A stretch of DNA of 64,000 bases, taken from contig JACPEJ010000001.1 of NCBI GenBank assembly GCA_016183565.1, forward strand, positions 48,196 through 112,195, given 5' to 3'. The first letter of the stretch is position 1, and each line of letters opens with the position of its first letter. This DNA comes from Candidatus Blackburnbacteria bacterium (GTDB lineage Bacteria > Patescibacteriota > Microgenomatia > UBA8517 > UBA10165). Below the pieces are notes generated by a model. The model saw only the letters and a list, made by a program, of their open reading frames with translations. It had not been told where the DNA came from and ran no database searches. Position numbers and translations under genes: made by a program. Positions 17,026 through 26,353 of this stretch are shown piece after piece.

Positions 17026-17631
17026 ATGAGGAAGTGGCTAATTTTACTCATCTTTATAATTATCACGCTATTTCTATCTCCGGCTTTGGTTGCAGCTCAA
17101 ACGAACACAGAAAGTGGTGATCACACAGCGCGTGAGGAACAAGAAGGTAAAGAAATTTGGGGTAAGTTACAAGCAAAACAACTTGAGTGTAACAACCTTA
17201 CTGATGAAAACTACGCAGTGCTTGGTGAATATTTTATGGGTCAATCAATCGGTAACACAGAACGACATGCAGCCATGAATCAGATGATGATAAGTATGGT
17301 GGGTGAGCAGGGAGAGGAACAGATGCATGTTGTTATGGGTAAAAGAAATAGTGGTTGTGATACAGGGACGAAGGGAGGTGGAAATCCTATGATGGGATAT
17401 GGTGGTTGGGGTAATATGATGGGGTGGGGATTTGGAATCTTAGGCTGGCTCTTTATGCTTCTGTTTTGGCTGCTTATAATTCTTGGGGTGGTTGCTCTTG
17501 TCCGCTATTTAGGCGGTTCAGGTAAAACTGCTAAAGATGATAAAACTCCTGTGGAGATTCTCAAAGAGCGTTATGCCCGTGGAGAAATTGATAAAAAAGA
17601 GTTTGAAGAGAAGAAAAAAGATTTAGACTAA
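17026..17631 (+). CDS. secreted/membrane protein with C-terminal SHOCT domain
   Basis: signal/TM segment WLILLIFIIITLFLSPALVAA; C-terminal ILKERYARGEIDKKEFEEKKKDL SHOCT motif; TGgTATAAT -10 and GGAG just upstream. Confidence 0.55.
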   Translation: MRKWLILLIFIIITLFLSPALVAAQTNTESGDHTAREEQEGKEIWGKLQAKQLECNNLTDENYAVLGEYFMGQSIGNTERHAAMNQMMISMVGEQGEEQMHVVMGKRNSGCDTGTKGGGNPMMGYGGWGNMMGWGFGILGWLFMLLFWLLIILGVVALVRYLGGSGKTAKDDKTPVEILKERYARGEIDKKEFEEKKKDLD

Positions 17632-17868
17632 AGTTGCGTCGTCTCAATTCCAATAGCGGGTTAAGATTCTTTTACTACGATTTTCTCCTGATCTTTGATA
17701 AAATTGGAAGGATGAATAAAGAAGCTTTAAGACAATTTTTAGTTGACTCAAATAAAGCCGGCTATGCTGGTGGTGAGGAGAAGAAGTGGATTAAAGAGCT
17801 TGGCAGGCTAGTTTACAAGGCAAATTATATTGGTGGTTTGGTAGACCAAAGGAGGGGCGTATAAAAGT

Positions 17869-17949
17869 ATGGCAAAACGAGCATTTTTAATACATGGTTG
17901 GAAAGGATATCCAGAAGAGGGCTGGAGACCTTGGTTAAAGAAAAGTTAG
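17869..17949 (+). pseudogene. N-terminal fragment of a YdeN-like alpha/beta hydrolase
   Basis: MAKRAFLIHGWKGYPEEGWRPWLKKS followed by a stop; matches the start of the YdeN/RBBP9 serine hydrolase family. Confidence 0.45.
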
Positions 17950-18134
17950 GAGCAGAAGCAATAGATATGCATAATATGAAGCATTTTAGTGGTAATGATG
18001 GGATAAATGAACTTTCAATAGCATTAGATTCAATATCTAACCTTCAACAACTCCACTTGAACTAAATCTTTAAAGGCTTTAACTTCATAGAAATTGTAAT
18101 TATCTTGACAATCACTATAAGGAGGCTTTATTAT

Positions 18135-18461
18135 TTGAATAATCGTTCAAATACTATGGCAGAGTATCAACAAATAAAGAAGGAATTAAAAAGCAAACAG
18201 AAACTTTTGGCGTGTGCAAAGCAGTTTGGGGTGGTTGGTGATGCTACAAGGCTAAAGATTTGTTACCTTCTTTGCCATTATCCTGAAGTTAGTGTTAGTG
18301 AAATGGCTGTGATATTAGATACCTCTGTTTCTGTCGTCTCCCACAGCGTAAAGAAACTTTTGGACTTGAATTTAGTACAACGGAGAAAAGAAGCTCAAAC
18401 AGTGTACTATTCTCTGACAACTAATGATTTCACTAAGACACTTAAAAACTTTATTACATGA
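18135..18461 (+). CDS. ArsR/SmtB-family metalloregulatory transcription factor
   Basis: winged-HTH ATRLKICYLLCHYPEVSVSEMAVILDTSVSVVSHSVKKLLDLNLV; AGGAGG RBS upstream of the TTG at 18135 (ATG alternative at 18156). Confidence 0.7.
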   Translation: MNNRSNTMAEYQQIKKELKSKQKLLACAKQFGVVGDATRLKICYLLCHYPEVSVSEMAVILDTSVSVVSHSVKKLLDLNLVQRRKEAQTVYYSLTTNDFTKTLKNFIT

Positions 18462-19066
18462 CTATTTCAGCGCTTAAATGGGGTATTTTCTCAGCCCTCT
18501 TGGCCTCCTTATGTTGTATCGGCCCCTTAGTCTTAATTTTATTTGGTGTGGGTGGAGCCTCAACAGCGTTAGCCATTGGCTACCGCAAGCCGTACTTTCT
18601 GTTTTTTGGTTTAACAGTGCTTATTATTGGATTAGCTTTCCTCTATTGTAAAAGTTGTAGTACGACAAAGTTAAACAGGAAACAGCAAGTATTCGTCTTT
18701 GGAGGTTCATTTCTGGTTGCGGCATTATTATATTACCTTTTGACCTATGTGGTAGTGCCAGCAGTTGCTCCACTGGTCTATCAGTCCAAAAGTGTTTCAA
18801 GCATACTAAGCTCTTTTTCAAATAGTAGACCCCACAAGACAACACTCAGAATAGATGGGATGTGGTGTACCTCATGTGCAGTAAGCGCGCAATATAGCTT
18901 AAAGAGTCTTCCTGGTGTTACTGACGCTTATGTTGGCTTTACGAAAAACCTTGATGGTGAAGGTTGGGTTATTTACAAACAGGATAAGGTTAGCAAGGAA
19001 CAAATTATTAAAGCAATTGAACCATATAAAGCAGTGATTACATCTGATATTGTGTACACTAAATAA
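18458..19066 (+). CDS. merT: MerT-like mercuric transporter fused to a C-terminal heavy-metal-associated (HMA) domain
   Basis: N-terminal LLASLCCIGPLVL Cys pair in TM1; C-terminal GMWCTSCAVS GMxCxxC metal-binding motif. Confidence 0.65.
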   Translation: MTISALKWGIFSALLASLCCIGPLVLILFGVGGASTALAIGYRKPYFLFFGLTVLIIGLAFLYCKSCSTTKLNRKQQVFVFGGSFLVAALLYYLLTYVVVPAVAPLVYQSKSVSSILSSFSNSRPHKTTLRIDGMWCTSCAVSAQYSLKSLPGVTDAYVGFTKNLDGEGWVIYKQDKVSKEQIIKAIEPYKAVITSDIVYTK

Positions 19067-19080
19067 AGACACAAAATATT

Positions 19081-19770
19081 ATGACAAAACTTTTTACATC
19101 AATTAATGAATGTCGTCGCTCGCCTCAAGGCGAATGCACATTTCATAAAAAGACTGAGATAAACCGAGTAATTCTGCTTCTTATTGGTATTGAACTGTTC
19201 TTTGTTTCTATTTTCGCACTGGCCGGCCCTTTTGTGTCAGTTTTCATCGCCCAAGGCATTAGCGGCGGTGCTATTTCGATAGTTGGCATTGCCTCAATGA
19301 TATTTCTTATAACGAAATCGACTCTTCAAATTCCCTTCTCGCATTTAGTTGATAAGACGGCCAAAGAAAATTCTATTGTCGGCATCCTTTCTCTTGGATA
19401 TGCCACTATGGCCCTGTGTCCTCTTATTCTTGCATTTAGTACGGCAACATGGCACGTATTTGTTGCGCAATTTTTTTGCGGACTTGGCAACGCCCTATCG
19501 TATCCTTCTTGGAATGCTTTGTTTACGCACCACATTGATCAAAAACAGGCTGCATTTGAATGGAGTATTTACGACACTATAATTGGGTTGAGCAGCGCTG
19601 GCGCGGTGGCTCTTGGCGGATTTTTAATTGACAAGACAAGCTTTCAAGCGGTCTTTCTTGTCACGGGTTTTATTATTCTCTTGAGTTCATTTCTACCGCT
19701 TGTTTTTTATAAGCGTTTTGGTAACAGCCATACACATAGTTGGAAAAATAAGAATAGTGCTCTAAACTAA
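19081..19770 (+). CDS. 6-TM membrane protein resembling the C-terminal half of an MFS transporter
   Basis: 229 aa, six hydrophobic helices, MFS-like loop GLGNALSYPSWNALF. Confidence 0.4.
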   Translation: MTKLFTSINECRRSPQGECTFHKKTEINRVILLLIGIELFFVSIFALAGPFVSVFIAQGISGGAISIVGIASMIFLITKSTLQIPFSHLVDKTAKENSIVGILSLGYATMALCPLILAFSTATWHVFVAQFFCGLGNALSYPSWNALFTHHIDQKQAAFEWSIYDTIIGLSSAGAVALGGFLIDKTSFQAVFLVTGFIILLSSFLPLVFYKRFGNSHTHSWKNKNSALN

Positions 19771-19842
19771 ATATATGGAAAATTTTGACTTAATTATTAT
19801 CGGCGGTCCGCCCCGAAAGGGCGAGACTCGCCCAATAAATTT

Positions 19843-21240
19843 ATGAGATACGACTTAATAATTGTGGGCGGTGGGGCAGGAGCATTTGCGGCGGCGATTA
19901 AGGCTAATGAGCTAAAGGCTAAAACCTTGATGGTTAATCAGGGTCTTCCTCTGGGTGGAACCTGTGTGAATGTTGGCTGTGTCCCATCAAAAACTTTACT
20001 TTGGGCAGGAGAAGTAATGCATCTTGCCAAAAATCACAATATTCCAGGAATTGATATAGAAGTTAAAAACTTCGATTTTGCAACTGTTGTTGCTCATGAA
20101 CTTGATCTGGTAGCGAAATTAAGAGATGAAAAGTATGAGAAAGTCTTAAATGGTTTAGAAAATGTTACCCACATAGAAGGTAAAGCTAGTTTTGTTACCC
20201 CTAACGAGATTGAAGTTAACGGTCAAACGTATCAAGCTGAAAAATTTATTATTGCAGCCGGATCAACTGCAACTATACCGCCAATTGAGGGAATTAAAGA
20301 AGTAGGCTATTTAACCCATATAGAGGCTCTAAAGATTAAGAATCAGCCAAAGGAACTGATTGTTATTGGAGCAGGACCAGTTGGTCTTGAGTTTGCTCAA
20401 ATGTATGCTCGTTTTGGCACGAAGGTGACGATTCTTCATCGTGGATCGTCTATATTTCGAGGCGAGGAAGAATTGACCACAAAATTGGCAAAGATACTAA
20501 CCGATGAGGGGATTATGATTAAAACAGGCGTACAGGTGCAATCTACTCGCAAAGAGGACGACAAAAAGGTTGTTTCCTATCTTGTTGAAGGAAAACAGGA
20601 AGAAATGGCCGCAGATGAAATCTTACTTGCTGTTGGGAAAACTCCCAATACCCAAGAACTGAATCTTGATAAAGCTGGCGTTGAACTTGATGAAAAACAA
20701 GCCATTAAAGTTAATCCGCAGTTTCAAACCTCTCAATCTCGTATTTATGCAGTTGGAGACATTACCAATGCTCCACTTCGCCTTGAACCAACTGCCGGAC
20801 GGGAGGGAACATTAGCTACTGAAAACGCTCTAAAAAGTACGCAAAACAGCATTGATTACAATACTGTTCCCTGGACTATCTTCACTGACCCACAACTGGC
20901 AGGGGTTGGGTTTACAGAAGAAGAGCAAATGAAAAGGTTCGGCACTTGTATGTGTAAAACAGTATCGTTTAAAGATATTCCCAAAGCCATAATCATCAAC
21001 CGAACCGAAGGACTAATCAAAATGGCAATTCATCCTGAAACTAAACAGATTATGGGAGTGCATATCTTAGCTCCCAATGCAGGTGAGCTCATTGCAGAAG
21101 CTATGGTACTTATCAAAAATAAAAATACTATTGATGATGTCATAGACAGTTTGCCTGTCTTTCCTACTCTTTCAGAAAGCATAAAAATTGCTGCTTTGTC
21201 ATTTACTGCTGATATTAATAAACTAAGCTGTTGTGTTTAA
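19843..21240 (+). CDS. merA: mercuric reductase core (pyridine nucleotide-disulfide oxidoreductase with C-terminal Cys pair)
   Basis: DLIIVGGGAGAFAAA FAD motif, redox-active GGTCVNVGCVPSK, C-terminal KLSCCV; no NmerA domain. Confidence 0.7.
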   Translation: MRYDLIIVGGGAGAFAAAIKANELKAKTLMVNQGLPLGGTCVNVGCVPSKTLLWAGEVMHLAKNHNIPGIDIEVKNFDFATVVAHELDLVAKLRDEKYEKVLNGLENVTHIEGKASFVTPNEIEVNGQTYQAEKFIIAAGSTATIPPIEGIKEVGYLTHIEALKIKNQPKELIVIGAGPVGLEFAQMYARFGTKVTILHRGSSIFRGEEELTTKLAKILTDEGIMIKTGVQVQSTRKEDDKKVVSYLVEGKQEEMAADEILLAVGKTPNTQELNLDKAGVELDEKQAIKVNPQFQTSQSRIYAVGDITNAPLRLEPTAGREGTLATENALKSTQNSIDYNTVPWTIFTDPQLAGVGFTEEEQMKRFGTCMCKTVSFKDIPKAIIINRTEGLIKMAIHPETKQIMGVHILAPNAGELIAEAMVLIKNKNTIDDVIDSLPVFPTLSESIKIAALSFTADINKLSCCV

Positions 21241-21258
21241 ATTATAAGGGGGTGAAAA

Positions 21259-21666
21259 ATGGAAACTAAAAACATTCTTATTGGTGTAGTGGTTGTATTA
21301 GTTGTTATAGGTGGCGGATATTGGCTACTTTACGGACAAAAAGGAAGTACGTCCCCTACCAACACTCAAACTCCCACAACTGAACCAAACAAAAACATTG
21401 TGACAGTGGAATATTCAGGACAAGGATTTAGTCCGAATTCCATAGTAGTAAAGTCAGGAACTGTGGTTACTTGGGTGAATAAGGGTAGTGATGCAATGTG
21501 GGTAGCATCCAATCCGCACCCGGTTCATACTAACCTTTCAGGGCTTGATGCGCTCAAAGGCACACCTATCGGAGGATCGTATTCATATACCTTTACCAAA
21601 GTCGGAAAATGGGAATACCACAATCACCTTGCACCCAGTAAAACAGGCGAGGTTGTTGTAGAGTAG
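21259..21666 (+). CDS. membrane-anchored cupredoxin-like domain protein
   Basis: N-terminal TM helix; beta-rich domain with His residues (NPHPVHT, EYHNHL) resembling plastocyanin-like folds. Confidence 0.35.
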   Translation: METKNILIGVVVVLVVIGGGYWLLYGQKGSTSPTNTQTPTTEPNKNIVTVEYSGQGFSPNSIVVKSGTVVTWVNKGSDAMWVASNPHPVHTNLSGLDALKGTPIGGSYSYTFTKVGKWEYHNHLAPSKTGEVVVE

Positions 21667-21670
21667 TGGC

Positions 21671-23143
21671 ATGAAACTTATTGATAATTTATTAAACGGT
21701 ATTACTATGTACCGGTTAATGCTCTATTACCTCTCCCTCCTTTTTGGTGTGGCAATTATTTTGAGCTTCTTGCAGATTCTCCCGTACAATCCTTGGGGTA
21801 TTTTTGTCAGCGGTTTTTATATTATTGCAATGTGTTATGCAACAAACCAGTTGTTTGCTTATCTATTTAAAGTAAAACCAAATTATGAATCACAGTTTAT
21901 TACCGGACTTATTTTGTCTTTGATAATCGGTCCATTGCCGCTTTTGCCAAATATACTTTTTTTAACCGTTACTCCGATTCTGGCTATGGCATCAAAATAC
22001 ATTATCAACTTCCAAAAACAACATATTTTTAATCCTGCCGCATTCGCAGTAGTTGCTGCCGCAATCTTCTTGGGCAAGGGGGCAAGTTGGTGGATAGGAA
22101 ATACGGTAATGGCCCCTTTTGTTATTCTTGGCGGAGTTATTCTGCTTCGCAAAATCCACCGGTTTGACTTAAGTTTGGGATTTCTTATACCATACCTTCT
22201 TTTCTACCCCCAAACACTTCTTGCTTCCCCAATGTTCTTTTTTAGTTTTGTCATGTTAACCGAGCCTCTCACTTCACCTGCTAATAGAAATTTTCGTATG
22301 TACTATGGTATTTTCACCGCTCTGGTATTTATCATGCTTCTAAAGATTACACCTTTTCCTTACACGTTAGAACTTTCATTGCTCATCGCCAACGTAGTAG
22401 GAAGAGTAGTCAGATTTAATACTAAATATACTTTAACATTGAAACGAAAAAAGGAAATTGCGCCAACCATCTGGGAATTTTTCTTTGAACCGCTGCGTCC
22501 GTTTCAATTTATTGCCGGACAATTTCTTGAGTGGAGTTTGCCACATAAAGGCGCAGATAGCAGAGGGACCCGTAGATTCTTTACCATTGCTTCAAGCCCG
22601 ACAGAAAAAGAAATTTTGTTAACTGTCAAAATTCCTGCAAAACCAAGTAGTTTTAAGTCTGCCCTAAAGGATTTGCCAGTTGGTGAGAGTGTTTATACAA
22701 CAAGTCTTGAAGGTGATTTTACCGAACCAAAAGAGAAAGATGAAAATTATGTCTTTATTGCGGGAGGGATTGGGATAACACCATTTCGAAGTATTATTAA
22801 ACATTTACTGGATACCAATACGCAAACTCATATAACTCTTTTTTACTCTGCCCGTGTGCCGTTGGAATTTGTCTTTAAAGACATCTTTTCAGAAGCGGAG
22901 AGGAAAATAGGACTAAAAATTGTGTATATAGCTTCAGAAAAACCACGGGGAAATTGGCCAGGTGAAGTTGGGCATATTGATGAACAGATGATTAGAAGAC
23001 ATGTTAAAGATGCTCTGTTGAGTTTTTATTATATCTCCGGACCAGCGGCAATGGTGTTAGCAATAGAGAAAGTGCTTGTTGATATGGGAATCCAAAAATT
23101 ACATATTCGAACAGACTATTTTCCGGGCTATACTACAACGTAG
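21671..23143 (+). CDS. membrane-bound FNR-family oxidoreductase (polytopic N-domain plus FAD/NAD(P)-binding C-domain)
   Basis: ~6 TM helices, then RRFFTIASSP (RxYS-type FAD motif) and FIAGGIGITPFRS NAD-binding motif. Confidence 0.6.
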   Translation: MKLIDNLLNGITMYRLMLYYLSLLFGVAIILSFLQILPYNPWGIFVSGFYIIAMCYATNQLFAYLFKVKPNYESQFITGLILSLIIGPLPLLPNILFLTVTPILAMASKYIINFQKQHIFNPAAFAVVAAAIFLGKGASWWIGNTVMAPFVILGGVILLRKIHRFDLSLGFLIPYLLFYPQTLLASPMFFFSFVMLTEPLTSPANRNFRMYYGIFTALVFIMLLKITPFPYTLELSLLIANVVGRVVRFNTKYTLTLKRKKEIAPTIWEFFFEPLRPFQFIAGQFLEWSLPHKGADSRGTRRFFTIASSPTEKEILLTVKIPAKPSSFKSALKDLPVGESVYTTSLEGDFTEPKEKDENYVFIAGGIGITPFRSIIKHLLDTNTQTHITLFYSARVPLEFVFKDIFSEAERKIGLKIVYIASEKPRGNWPGEVGHIDEQMIRRHVKDALLSFYYISGPAAMVLAIEKVLVDMGIQKLHIRTDYFPGYTTT

Positions 23144-23242
23144 AACGTTCTGGACAACGTACACTCTTACATTGACAATTAGCCTTAAATATACAACTCG
23201 TTTCAAAACTTATAGATTGGTCTTGTTAAATTTTTTGAGATG

Positions 23243-23277
23243 AGATTGGAGAAGCTGTTTTGAAACAGCTTCATAGT
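23243..23277. repeat. 35-nt conserved hairpin element, copy 1 (gagaYtggagaagctgttttgaaacagcttYatag)
   Basis: near-identical to 43617-43651; palindromic core GAAGCTGTTTTGAAACAGCTTC; lies between convergent genes. Confidence 0.75.
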
Positions 23278-23288
23278 TTCTGATATTA

Positions 23289-23879
23289 TCACAAGTTTCG
23301 CACTTTGCAACACTGGAAAGTTGCCAGATAAGCCCCCCTGCCAACTCCTCGGCCTTGACGACCTACTTCCTCTCGGATGTACATTGCTCGCTCAAAGGTG
23401 GGAATGGGTGTAAGGTCATTATCTTGAATATCCGCCCCAGGAATAGTCGCAGATGTGCCTGGTCTACCTTCAACATAAGATCCAACTATAGTAAGGCAAT
23501 TGTTCTCCCGTCTCCAAACAACAGCGTAAGGCCCTTCTCGACTCATACTTGCCCACTCGCTTGGTGAAAGTCCAATTTTTATTTTAATCTTAACCAGTTC
23601 GACCTCTCCCGCATTGGAACGTTCTTTTAATAATTGAAGTGCCCTTACTGCATCCTCGTTTGAATCAAAAGGAGTAATATCATTCATAGCTACAACAGAG
23701 CACCCCTCTCTGCCAAATCCCGTATCTTTACCAAAAAGAACTCTTCTCGCGCCTAGTGTGTCGCTTAAATCTTGCACCACACAAAACAATCCCTCTACTT
23801 CAAGGTAGCCCTGCTCTTTCCATTCCACTTTCAAATGTTTTTCTGCTGTCGTTTGGCAAGTATACAGTAATTTACCCAA
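23289..23879 (-). CDS. hypothetical protein
   Basis: 196-aa ORF with above-local GC and no recognisable motif. Confidence 0.35.
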   Translation of the reverse strand: MGKLLYTCQTTAEKHLKVEWKEQGYLEVEGLFCVVQDLSDTLGARRVLFGKDTGFGREGCSVVAMNDITPFDSNEDAVRALQLLKERSNAGEVELVKIKIKIGLSPSEWASMSREGPYAVVWRRENNCLTIVGSYVEGRPGTSATIPGADIQDNDLTPIPTFERAMYIREEVGRQGRGVGRGAYLATFQCCKVRNL

Positions 23880-24114
23880 TTTACATACTATAAAAAATTG
23901 CTGCTCCCATCTTACTTTATCAATTCCATAATTGGTTTACTAATTCGTCAATGTATAAAAAGAGAGAAAGAAATAGTTTTGAATTAGCGTATTTCCACTC
24001 TCCAGCCAGGTGGGCTGTGTGGCTTTTTAGAACACCGGCTTCAAGTACTTGCCTATCTTTTCGGGTAAATCTGTGGTATAATTGTATTTATTAGAGCAGA
24101 TCTGTTTCTTCAAT

Positions 24115-24342
24115 ATGAGTAACCCCTGTACACGTTGTGGAAATGAACGCATTGTATCTAAAACTTGGAAAGAAGTTGTCGTGTCTTATGGAAGAACAAC
24201 TACCATAACTCATGCCCAGTTTGTTTGTATTGATCCGAAGTGTCAAAAGATAGTGGAGAGTGAACTTCTTGCACAAAAAGAAAAGCGTGAAGCTTTGGCA
24301 AATCAAAAAGAGCTTGAGAAGCAAGCCCGTGCAAAACATTAG
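24115..24342 (+). CDS. small zinc-ribbon protein with K/E-rich C-terminal helix
   Basis: CTRCGN...CIDPKC two CxxC pairs; TGgTATAAT -10-like sequence at 24074-24082. Confidence 0.4.
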   Translation: MSNPCTRCGNERIVSKTWKEVVVSYGRTTTITHAQFVCIDPKCQKIVESELLAQKEKREALANQKELEKQARAKH

Positions 24343-24362
24343 TTCTAAACATCTTTCAAATT

Positions 24363-25127
24363 TTACTTAGAATTTTTTCTTACAAAACCTTCGAAAGCAC
24401 GGAGTATTTCTAAAGGAGTTACAAATACTATTGTGTTGTTTTTGTCAGCCGATAACTCAGAAAGGGTTTGGAGTGTGCGAACATGTAATCCCCCGGGGGT
24501 TTTTGCAAGTTGTGAAGCAGCTATTGCGATATTTTCTGCCGCAGCCTTTTCACCATCAGCTCTGATAACAATAGCTCGCCTTTCTCTTTCTGCCTCAGCC
24601 TGACGAGCAATTACTCGTTTCATCTCGTCAGGAAGAATAATATCTTTTAATTCTACTGATTCAACCTTAACCCCCCAAGGATCGGTTGCTTTATCAATAA
24701 TCTGCTGAATTTTATCAGCGACTTCGTTTCGCTTAGAAAGCAAATCGTCAAGTGATGTCTCTCCGATTACGTTCCTCATTGTAGTCTGGGCTAGTTGAGA
24801 AACAGCATAATAAAAATTCTCTACTTCCAAAACAGCTTTTTGGGCTGTTTCTATGCGGTAGTAAATTACAGCATTAACTCGTGCGGAAACATTGTCCCGG
24901 GTGATTGCTTCCTGATCTGGTACATCAACTGCCTTTACACGAATATCGATTTTTTGCCAGCTTTCAATGATTGGCCAAACAATTCGCCAGCCGGGCACCA
25001 TCTCATCCCTAAATTTTCCAAAGCGAAAGCGCACTCCCCGCTCATATTGGTTGACTTGTTTAATTGAGGCAATTACCACAAAGAAGAAGGATACAATAAA
25101 GAGCCCTGGGCCAAGTAAGAATTCCAT
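24363..25127 (-). CDS. SPFH/band-7 (stomatin/prohibitin-like) membrane protein
   Basis: N-terminal TM helix, then VNQYERGVRFRFGKF...RDNV...VIYYRI SPFH core and A/E-rich coiled coil. Confidence 0.85.
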   Translation of the reverse strand: MEFLLGPGLFIVSFFFVVIASIKQVNQYERGVRFRFGKFRDEMVPGWRIVWPIIESWQKIDIRVKAVDVPDQEAITRDNVSARVNAVIYYRIETAQKAVLEVENFYYAVSQLAQTTMRNVIGETSLDDLLSKRNEVADKIQQIIDKATDPWGVKVESVELKDIILPDEMKRVIARQAEAERERRAIVIRADGEKAAAENIAIAASQLAKTPGGLHVRTLQTLSELSADKNNTIVFVTPLEILRAFEGFVRKNSK

Positions 25128-25166
25128 GTTAGGTAAATCTTACACCAGAACAGCTTTGTTGTCTAT

Positions 25167-25547
25167 CTAGGGGGTGTTCTCTTTGAACTCTAGAAGATAT
25201 CCGAAACCTAAGGGAATAATGAAGATAATTAAGTAAGTAACACCTATGTCTTTTATATAATCCGAAAGAGACATTTTCATAGGGCCCCAGGAAAACATTA
25301 AAGAGTCAAGAAGTAGATTGATTGCAAGCCAGATTATTCCCAGACACAAACCCTGCATAACAAATCCCTTTTTAACCCTCTTGAGATAAAAATATGAAGC
25401 AGCAACTGTTGTGAGTGTTAAAACAACAGGCATGATTGATTCAAACAGAGGTCGTTCGGTTGCACGAAGAGGAAAGACAAGTATTGCTACTGTGAAGGTA
25501 AATGCCCAAATGACAACACCCAAAAGAATTGCTGTTTTGTGATTCAT
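25167..25547 (-). CDS. 4-TM membrane protein, hypothetical
   Basis: 126 aa with four hydrophobic helices. Confidence 0.4.
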   Translation of the reverse strand: MNHKTAILLGVVIWAFTFTVAILVFPLRATERPLFESIMPVVLTLTTVAASYFYLKRVKKGFVMQGLCLGIIWLAINLLLDSLMFSWGPMKMSLSDYIKDIGVTYLIIFIIPLGFGYLLEFKENTP

Positions 25548-25976
25548 CTTTTGCTCTTGAAAAGATCGTTATTATCCTTATTAACTTTATCCTCAACGTA
25601 TGAATCAATAAGTGTTTATTCTTTGTTTACTGGTGACACTAATTACTTTACAACCAGTACCCAAAACGGCCCTCTTGAGGCATTGGCAAGTGGCACTGGT
25701 GGCGTGAATGGTGTATATAAATATGGTTCGGCTGGTGCATTCCCAACTTCATCGTGGAAAAACAGTAATTATTGGGTGGATGTGGTTTTTGTTAAGTAGA
25801 CTTCCTTATCCTCTTTTTGATATAAGTACCTGAAAATTCTGCTTACCTTTTTCTTACATGTGTTTCACTGCTTTCTCAACCCAACCATTTAGCATGGCTT
25901 ACAGTATGCTCGGACGTAAACATTTAGAAACAAAGATTCGCAGTCTTGGAATGGCAGGAGGGGGTGAGTAAACATA

Positions 25977-26228
25977 ATGGGGTTACTACTTTGGATTATT
26001 TTTGGTGCGTTAGTAGGTTGGGTGGCATCCCTTGTAATAGGAACAAACAAATCGCAAGGGATATTGATGGATGTTGCACTGGGTCTTTTAGGCGCTCTTG
26101 TAGGGGGACTGGTTATGAATTTTTTTCTAGGAACTCCTGGTATAACTGGTTTTAATATTTCAAGTTTTATAGTTTCACTTTTGGGCGCAATGGCTTTAGT
26201 GTGGATTGGAAGACGATTGCTGGTTTAG
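25977..26228 (+). CDS. GlsB/YeaQ/YmgE-family stress membrane protein
   Basis: LLWIIFGALVGWVASLVIG...GLLGALVGGLVMNF repeat typical of the transglycosylase-associated family. Confidence 0.7.
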   Translation: MGLLLWIIFGALVGWVASLVIGTNKSQGILMDVALGLLGALVGGLVMNFFLGTPGITGFNISSFIVSLLGAMALVWIGRRLLV

Positions 26229-26353
26229 ATACTTAGGAAAGAACAACAAGGGTGCCTTTTTGAGAAGGTGTGTTTGGGTGTGGTTACGGATCACTTTTAA
26301 GCAAGTTATATACTATATTATTAGATCCAATTCTATACTAAACTAATAAAGTT

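Noticed and set aside
23243-23277. Canonical rho-independent terminator interpretation of the 35-nt hairpin repeats
   Set aside because: A strong stem, but neither copy is followed by a U-run on either strand; kept as a repeated hairpin element instead.
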